Below are positions 57,763 through 64,000 of a stretch of DNA of 64,000 bases, piece after piece. Position numbers and translations under genes: made by a program. Source of the DNA: Candidatus Kerfeldbacteria bacterium (GTDB lineage Bacteria; Patescibacteriota; Patescibacteriia; UBA10025; JAHIVO01). Below the pieces are notes generated by a model. The model ran no database searches and was not told the DNA's origin. It was given only the letters and a program-made list of their open reading frames with translations. The stretch spans positions 271,154-335,153 of the forward strand of contig CP181398.1 in NCBI GenBank assembly GCA_047946875.1, read 5' to 3'. Each line of letters begins with the position of its first letter. Position 1 is the first letter of the stretch.

Positions 57763-58303
57763 ATTGACCAAGACTATAATTATATTGGGGCAGCTCTGTA
57801 TTAATACAATACATCTGCCCATTCTTTTCCAGAACATCTAGTTCCTTCTCCCATCCAGGCTCAGGATATTGTCCAAAGGACTCAGGTGTTATGAAAAAGG
57901 GGGGTGAATATTTAAACTAAAATATATATAATTAGTTTATCCTCACAATTTTTAAAATGCATGTTTGACAATTTATTATATTAAGCGTATTTTTTAACTG
58001 CTAATCAATTATTAGTTGATTGGCACAAGAAAGCTGTCGGTTATGAAATGCTGGAGATCTAACTTATTAAGTAGAAAAATCTCTCTCCTCATGTTCTAAT
58101 TTAATTATTAGAATATTTCTACTCAAAAGTTGGTATAATCCTTCAACTCATGTCGACAGCTTTTTTGATACATAGGATTTGATTCTTAGCTACATTCAGG
58201 ACACTATTATTAGTATTAGTATTTTGCGACACCTTATTGTATTTTTATCATTTTAATCATCGGTGTTGATTTATATGCTATTTTTTGTTATAATTTTTTT
58301 ATT

Positions 58304-59932
58304 ATGATGTTTAGAATTTGGCGCAAACTTACCACCACCTTAGCCGGTGGTGCGATTATTATAGCCACAGCTTCTGTTACCAGTCGTCTACTTGGTTTGA
58401 TCAGAGATAGGTTATTAGCAAATAAATTTGGTGCTGGTGATACCTTAGATATTTATTATGCTGCATTTAGAATACCTGATTTAGTATTTAACGTTTTAGT
58501 TTTGGGTGCATTATCGGCGGCTTTTATTCCAATATTTGTTGAATATTTACAAAAAGCTAAAGAAGATCCAAGTAAAAAGAACGAAGTTTGGCATCTAGCT
58601 AATTCACTATTAAATATATTATTAGCTGGTTTATTGGTTTTTGGTTTTCTTCTATTTATCTTTGCACCGCAGATTGTTCCATTGATTGCGCCTGGTTTTG
58701 ATCTGGATAAACAAGCTATTGTAGTGAACATGACCAGGATTATGTTAATATCAATTATATTTTTTGGTATTAGTAATGTTATTACAGGCATGTTGAATTC
58801 TATGAAAAAATATGCCAACTTTGCTTTAGCGCCAGTAATGTATAATATTGGAATTATAATTGGAATTATTTATTTAACGCCGATTTATGGTATTTACGGT
58901 TTAGCTTATGGTGTAGTACTTGGTTCATTTTTACATTTAGTTATTCAAATACCTGGAGCGCTAAAAATTGGATATAGGTATCAACCGATTTTTGATTATA
59001 CGCACAAAGGAGTTAGAGCTATTGGTAAATTAATGTTACCAAGGACTTTTGGACTTGCTGTTACGCAAATAGATCAATTGGTTAGTGTGATAATTGGTTC
59101 AACTTTAGCTACTGGTTCGGTGGCTGTTTTTACTTTAGCCAATAATCTTCAGAATTTTCCAATTGGCGTTTTTGGAGTATCGATGGCTGTAGCATCATTC
59201 CCATTTTTTAGTGAAGCGTTTGCTCAAAAAAATGTAGAATTATTTGTTTTACATTTTTCAAAAAGTTTTCGTAGGATACTATTTCTAGTCATTCCTATTT
59301 CAGTTTTAATATTTTTACTTAGAGCTCAGTTGGTGCGTGTTATTCTTGGTTCAGGAAATTTTGATTGGCAAGATACATATTATACAGCCCAAACTCTTGG
59401 GTTTTTTGCATTGTCATTATTTGCTCAGAGTACTATCCCGCTTTTAGCTAGATCATTCTACGCTTGGCAGGATACTAAAACCCCGGTAAAAATTGCCATT
59501 GTTACTGTGATTGTAAATATTTTCGGAGCATTAGTTTTAAGTAATTATTTAGGAGTAATTGGGTTGGCAATTGCATTCTCAATTTCTAGCGTTGTTCAAA
59601 TGATATTATTATATATATTTTTAAGAAAAAAAATGGGTAATCTTGATGATAAAACTTTGGTTATTTCGTTGAGTAAAATAGTATTAATAACTGCAATGAT
59701 GGGGGCCGTTGTTCATGCTTCAAAATATGTTCTAGCACTTGGAGTAAATATGGACACTTTTTTAGGAATATTTATTCAAGGTGTAGGAGCAGGTATTATT
59801 GGTATCGTTTTTTATCTAATACTAGCCTTTATGTTTAGATGTGACGAAATAACAATTATTACTAAACTGTTCATTAAAGCAAAAAATCAACTATTTAATG
59901 GTAAGAATAAAGAAAATATAAATGCAGAATAA
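58304..59932 (+). CDS. murJ: Lipid II flippase MurJ
   Basis: Full-length MurJ/MviN similarity, about 14 TM helices. Confidence 0.85.
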   Translation: MMFRIWRKLTTTLAGGAIIIATASVTSRLLGLIRDRLLANKFGAGDTLDIYYAAFRIPDLVFNVLVLGALSAAFIPIFVEYLQKAKEDPSKKNEVWHLANSLLNILLAGLLVFGFLLFIFAPQIVPLIAPGFDLDKQAIVVNMTRIMLISIIFFGISNVITGMLNSMKKYANFALAPVMYNIGIIIGIIYLTPIYGIYGLAYGVVLGSFLHLVIQIPGALKIGYRYQPIFDYTHKGVRAIGKLMLPRTFGLAVTQIDQLVSVIIGSTLATGSVAVFTLANNLQNFPIGVFGVSMAVASFPFFSEAFAQKNVELFVLHFSKSFRRILFLVIPISVLIFLLRAQLVRVILGSGNFDWQDTYYTAQTLGFFALSLFAQSTIPLLARSFYAWQDTKTPVKIAIVTVIVNIFGALVLSNYLGVIGLAIAFSISSVVQMILLYIFLRKKMGNLDDKTLVISLSKIVLITAMMGAVVHASKYVLALGVNMDTFLGIFIQGVGAGIIGIVFYLILAFMFRCDEITIITKLFIKAKNQLFNGKNKENINAE

Positions 59933-61742
59933 AATAAGAAATTTTTGTATAATCGCTCATATAGATCACGGGAAATCTACTCTTGCTGATAGACTGTTAG
60001 AAATTACAGGCACGGTCAATAAGAGAGATATGAAAGATCAAATATTGGATCAAATGGATATTGAACGTGAAAGAGGTATAACTATCAAATTGCAACCTGT
60101 TCGAATGGAATATGAGGGTTATGAATTAAATTTGATTGATACTCCTGGACACGTAGATTTTACTTATGAGGTATCTCGTTCTTTAGCGGCTGTTGAAGGA
60201 GCAGTTTTATTAGTGGATGCAACTCAAGGAATAGAGGCTCAAACTTTAGCAAATTTATATTTAGCAGTAGAACAAAATTTAGAAATTATTCCTGTTATTA
60301 ATAAAATAGATTTACCTAATGCTGACGTAGAGAGAGTATCTACTGATTTAGTAAAACTAATTGGTTGTACTAAAAATGAAATATTATCTGTCTCAGGAAA
60401 AACAGGTCAAGGTGTAAATGAATTATTAAAAAAAATAGTAGAAAAAGTACCACCACCAAAAATTGAGATTGATACGACTACTAAGATGATGATTTTTGAT
60501 TCATTTTTTGATGAGTATAAAGGTGTGATAGCATATGTCAGAGTTGTGTCAGGAATGGTGAAAAAAGGTGAAGAGATTATGATGATGGCCAGTCAAAAGA
60601 AAGTTGAATCTCTTGATGTTGGTGTTTTTAAACCAAAATTAGTTTCTACAGGGTCTTTGTCTGCTGGTGAGATAGGATATGTCGTTACGGGCCTTAAAGA
60701 TGTTCAATATTGCAGAGTTGGTGATACTATTACAACAATAAATAATAAAGCTGATAAACCACTTGAAGGATATGACGAACTTAAGTCAATGGTATTTGCT
60801 GGTATATATTGTCAGGAAGGTAATGATTATTCTAGTCTACGGGAAGCTTTAGAAAAGATTTCATTAAGTGATTCTTCATTGGAATATGAAGCTGATCATT
60901 CGGAAGCATTGGGTTTTGGTTTTCGTTGTGGTTTTTTAGGTTTATTACATTTAGAAATATTTCAAGAAAGATTAAAGAGAGAATATAATTTAAATCTAGT
61001 AATTACAGCTCCCTCTGTTGGATATCATGTATCTTTAAATGAAAGTGGGCAAAATGCCTACATAAAAAAGATTAAAAATTTTAAAAAGGATGAAGTAATG
61101 ATTATTACCAGTCCTTTAAAGATGCCAGATACTCAGTATGTCGAAGCTATAGAAGAACCATGGATGTCTGTTGATATTGTCTCACCAACAGATTATATGG
61201 GTAATGTTATGAGTTTGGTCCAACAAAAAAGAGGTAATTTTAAGAATACGGAGTTTTTGGATGAAGAAAGGGTAGTATTGCATTATGAACTACCTTTAGC
61301 TAGTATTTTGACCGATTTTTATGATAAACTAAAGAGTGTAACATCCGGTTATGCTTCATTAAACTATAATTTTTTAGAGTATCGTCGAGGTAATGTTGTT
61401 AGAGTGGATATACTTGTAGCCGAGGAGATGGAAGAGGCTCTTGCCTCAATGGTATATAAAGACGAGGCTTATGATGTAGGAAGAAAAATAGTAGATAATT
61501 TGAAAGAAATCTTACCGCAACAGATGTTTGAAATAAAAATTCAAGCAGCAATAGGAGGAAAAATAATTGCATCTTCTAGAATTTCTGCAAGACGAAAAGA
61601 TGTTACGGCTGGTTTATATGGAGGTGACGTAACAAGGAAAAGGAAATTATTAGATAAGCAGAAAAAAGGTAAAAAGAAAATGAAACAAGGAGGAAAAGTA
61701 AATATTCCTCAAGAAGCATTTCTGGCAATATTAAAACGTTAA
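59922..61742 (+). CDS. lepA: Elongation factor 4 (LepA)
   Basis: AHIDHGKST G-domain and LepA C-terminal domain. Confidence 0.9.
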   Translation: MQNKIRNFCIIAHIDHGKSTLADRLLEITGTVNKRDMKDQILDQMDIERERGITIKLQPVRMEYEGYELNLIDTPGHVDFTYEVSRSLAAVEGAVLLVDATQGIEAQTLANLYLAVEQNLEIIPVINKIDLPNADVERVSTDLVKLIGCTKNEILSVSGKTGQGVNELLKKIVEKVPPPKIEIDTTTKMMIFDSFFDEYKGVIAYVRVVSGMVKKGEEIMMMASQKKVESLDVGVFKPKLVSTGSLSAGEIGYVVTGLKDVQYCRVGDTITTINNKADKPLEGYDELKSMVFAGIYCQEGNDYSSLREALEKISLSDSSLEYEADHSEALGFGFRCGFLGLLHLEIFQERLKREYNLNLVITAPSVGYHVSLNESGQNAYIKKIKNFKKDEVMIITSPLKMPDTQYVEAIEEPWMSVDIVSPTDYMGNVMSLVQQKRGNFKNTEFLDEERVVLHYELPLASILTDFYDKLKSVTSGYASLNYNFLEYRRGNVVRVDILVAEEMEEALASMVYKDEAYDVGRKIVDNLKEILPQQMFEIKIQAAIGGKIIASSRISARRKDVTAGLYGGDVTRKRKLLDKQKKGKKKMKQGGKVNIPQEAFLAILKR

Positions 61743-61745
61743 TAA

Positions 61746-61859
61746 TTAGTAACCAGTTTGACTGCTAAATGCTGGTAATAATGAGAAAAAAACCATTCCG
61801 ATAACTCCGAAAATTACGATGATAATCCAAATGACTCTTATAACTTTCTTTTTTGGCAT
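61746..61859 (-). CDS. 37-aa small hydrophobic protein (MPKKKVIRVIWIIIVIFGVIGMVFFSLLPAFSSQTGY)
   Basis: Hand-translated. Single TM helix. Not in the ORF track because it is under 60 aa. Confidence 0.25.
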   Translation of the reverse strand: MPKKKVIRVIWIIIVIFGVIGMVFFSLLPAFSSQTGY

Positions 61860-61867
61860 AATATTAT

Positions 61868-62458
61868 ATGTTTGAAGATAGATTAAAAAAAATTATTAAA
61901 GATGATGAGCAAATTGTTTTATTAGTAAGAAAATATTTCTTTGTTTTTACTGGACAACTAATTTTTAGCATCATTATTATTATAGCATCTTTTTTCCTTT
62001 TATACCCACTATTTAATTGGGGGCCATGGGGAGTGGGTATTTTTTTCTTATTATTAGTCATAGGTTTATTTGTTGCTTTGAAGGTTTTGATAATATATTC
62101 ATTTAACGCATTTATTATTACGGAGCAAAGAATAATAGATATTGATCAACGTGGGTTATTTGATCGTATAGTTTCTGAAACAACATATAACAAAATACAA
62201 GACGTTAGTTTTCGTAGAAAAGGGATTATGCAAACAATGTTGCATTATGGAAGTGTAATTATTCAAACTGCGGGATCACAAGCAAATATTGAATTACATG
62301 GTATCAAAGATCCAGAAAAAATTCATCAAGTTATTATTGAATTACAAAGAGAATTTAGTCAAGAAGGAAGAAAAATTTCTGAAGAGCAGATGTCTGAAAT
62401 TATTGATCAAATTAAGAATAAAACAAATAGAGAACAAAACAATAAGGAGGATAAATAA
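61868..62458 (+). CDS. Membrane-flanked bacterial PH domain protein (YdbS/bPH_2-like)
   Basis: Two N-terminal TM helices followed by a PH-like beta domain. Confidence 0.55.
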   Translation: MFEDRLKKIIKDDEQIVLLVRKYFFVFTGQLIFSIIIIIASFFLLYPLFNWGPWGVGIFFLLLVIGLFVALKVLIIYSFNAFIITEQRIIDIDQRGLFDRIVSETTYNKIQDVSFRRKGIMQTMLHYGSVIIQTAGSQANIELHGIKDPEKIHQVIIELQREFSQEGRKISEEQMSEIIDQIKNKTNREQNNKEDK

Positions 62459-62461
62459 ATT

Positions 62462-63226
62462 ATGATATTGTTTAATAGATTTTGGTTGTATTTTAGTTCA
62501 CTATCGATTGTGATCAGTTTCTTTTTGTGGGTAAATAATCCAGATCTTACTTATTATATTGCTGGTTATTTTTTTGTAATACACACTTTAACAATATGGT
62601 TATTAGCTAAATTTGGTCAGGAAAGAAAAACTTTTTTTACATTTTATTTTACTCCATTTTTTTTATTGGCAGGGGCTTTTACCTTTTTCTTAATTATTGA
62701 CCATGTAGTAGTTCAACATTTGTTTGCTCTTGTTATAGGGATAATCTATATGTTAATTACAAGAAATATTTTTTCATTCGTATATAAGACAAAAGATTAC
62801 CAACCTTTAGCTTTAGAAAATATTTTTAGTTATATCAATCTAATTTCATTATTTTTATTTTATTCTAGTTTTTATGGATTTTTATTATTGTTAGGTTGGC
62901 CAGTTTGGTTGTTTGTTATAATTTGTTTTGTAATTACTGCTTTTTTGTTTACTCGTACACTTTTGACATATAAGATTCAATGGACTGAAGGTAAATTATT
63001 TGTTTTAATAATGTCTATTATTATTACTGAATGTTTTTATGTAATTAATCTTTTACCATCAAGCTATATAATTAATGGGTTAGTTTTGGTTGTAGTATAT
63101 TATTTATTTATGAATTTAATAAAAGATTATTTAAAAGAACGTCTTAATATGAAAGATATAAGATTATATTTATCGGTAGTTGGTATAATTTTAGTGATAT
63201 CTTTATTAACTACAAGATGGTATTAA
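62462..63226 (+). CDS. Polytopic membrane protein, hypothetical
   Basis: About 7 TM helices. Translationally coupled to the upstream gene. Confidence 0.4.
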   Translation: MILFNRFWLYFSSLSIVISFFLWVNNPDLTYYIAGYFFVIHTLTIWLLAKFGQERKTFFTFYFTPFFLLAGAFTFFLIIDHVVVQHLFALVIGIIYMLITRNIFSFVYKTKDYQPLALENIFSYINLISLFLFYSSFYGFLLLLGWPVWLFVIICFVITAFLFTRTLLTYKIQWTEGKLFVLIMSIIITECFYVINLLPSSYIINGLVLVVVYYLFMNLIKDYLKERLNMKDIRLYLSVVGIILVISLLTTRWY

Positions 63227-63256
63227 CAAATATAATAAAAAATAAATTAAAAAATT

Positions 63257-64000
63257 ATGAAAGCAAGAGTAAGTCCCACTTCCCCAAAAAGTAAAAAAAA
63301 TTCTAATACTAATAACGAAAAGCAGTTGGATGATTATTACAAAAATACTTTAAAATCAATTGATAAACCAGATAAGTTAAGATCAAAATCTTCAATAGGA
63401 TTTTTGGTGGTTGTAATAATTATTGGTTTTATGGCGGGAATACTTGGGCAAATCACTTTATTGTCTTATGGGTCTGATATACCATATTTAGAAAAGTTAG
63501 ATATTTTTTCTTGGACTAATCCACAATCCCTGTTTGTCAGTAATCGTAGTAACAACGAATTAACCTCAGATAAATTACAAAAAGTAGTTACTGAAGTAAA
63601 CTCATCAATGGTTCAAATTTTTGAGTACAAAGAACAAAATAATACTTTAGAATCATTGTATGTTCCTGAGGAAATTTTGGGTTTTGGTTTTGTATTAACC
63701 AACGATGGTTATATCATAACAACTAGTGATATAACTACAGACTATGAAAAATTGGTTATAATTACTAATCAAAAAGAAGTATATTTGGTAAATAACACTA
63801 TTATTGATTCTGCTACAGATTTTATTTTTTTGAAAACTGACGCTATTGGATTACAAACATTAGACATAGTTGATAATGATTCTTTGACATTAATGTCTGA
63901 TATTTTATTAACAAAGACATATGGATTTGATCATTCAATTCAATCTCAACAAGCAATGATTATAGATAAGAATTTCAGTTCGATTTCTAATGTAAATGAT
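63257..64000 (+). CDS. Membrane-anchored trypsin-fold (HtrA-like) protein, 3' end outside window
   Basis: TM helix then GFGFVLTNDGYIITTSD and DFIFLKTD, which resemble the HtrA N-lobe. The catalytic His position reads TSD, so it may be non-catalytic. Confidence 0.3.
   Translation, partial: MKARVSPTSPKSKKNSNTNNEKQLDDYYKNTLKSIDKPDKLRSKSSIGFLVVVIIIGFMAGILGQITLLSYGSDIPYLEKLDIFSWTNPQSLFVSNRSNNELTSDKLQKVVTEVNSSMVQIFEYKEQNNTLESLYVPEEILGFGFVLTNDGYIITTSDITTDYEKLVIITNQKEVYLVNNTIIDSATDFIFLKTDAIGLQTLDIVDNDSLTLMSDILLTKTYGFDHSIQSQQAMIIDKNFSSISNVND

Noticed and set aside
1-64000. CRISPR array, IS element or transposase, prophage integrase, or RT/DGR.
   Set aside because: There are no short direct repeats with unique spacers and no DDE/HUH, tyrosine-recombinase or RT motifs in any frame I read. 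The only repeats are the two leader families and a TTAGCTAATTT duplication.

Overview
The window is low-GC (about 30%) and gene-dense, with short intergenic spacers. Gene content is consistent with a reduced-genome fermentative bacterium, possibly Candidate Phyla Radiation/Patescibacteria; this is an inference from content, not a database hit. Recognisable core genes: proS next to proB-proC-proA; argG-argH; a group-3b-like NADP-coupled [NiFe]-hydrogenase (beta, gamma, small and large subunits, HypC, a minimal HypA); pgk-eno and two tandem iPGM paralogs; PduL-type phosphotransacylase, ackA and a two-subunit 2-oxoacid:ferredoxin oxidoreductase; recJ, rnhA, dus, murJ, lepA; a polysaccharide cluster (sugar transferase plus three GT4 enzymes). 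RNA genes: tRNA-Asn(GTT) at 11234-11305 and a long RNase P RNA at 45411-45896. The most unusual part is a 4.5-kb island (53.75-58.3 kb) of small, mostly membrane-protein cargo genes. Each cargo gene sits behind one of two families of near-identical repeated leader elements. Family A (4 copies) carries a conserved perfect-SD 13-codon uORF (MISIWISFSL...) and closing inverted repeats that covary through G-U wobbles, which points to RNA structure. One cargo gene and its flanks are about 47% GC, so foreign. No integrase, transposase, RT or CRISPR is visible. Other items of interest: three tandem ATP-grasp ligases (RimK-like plus two cyanophycin-synthetase-G-domain-like), a hydrogenase operon interrupted by unrelated genes, and a high-GC FAD oxidoreductase beside the proline operon.
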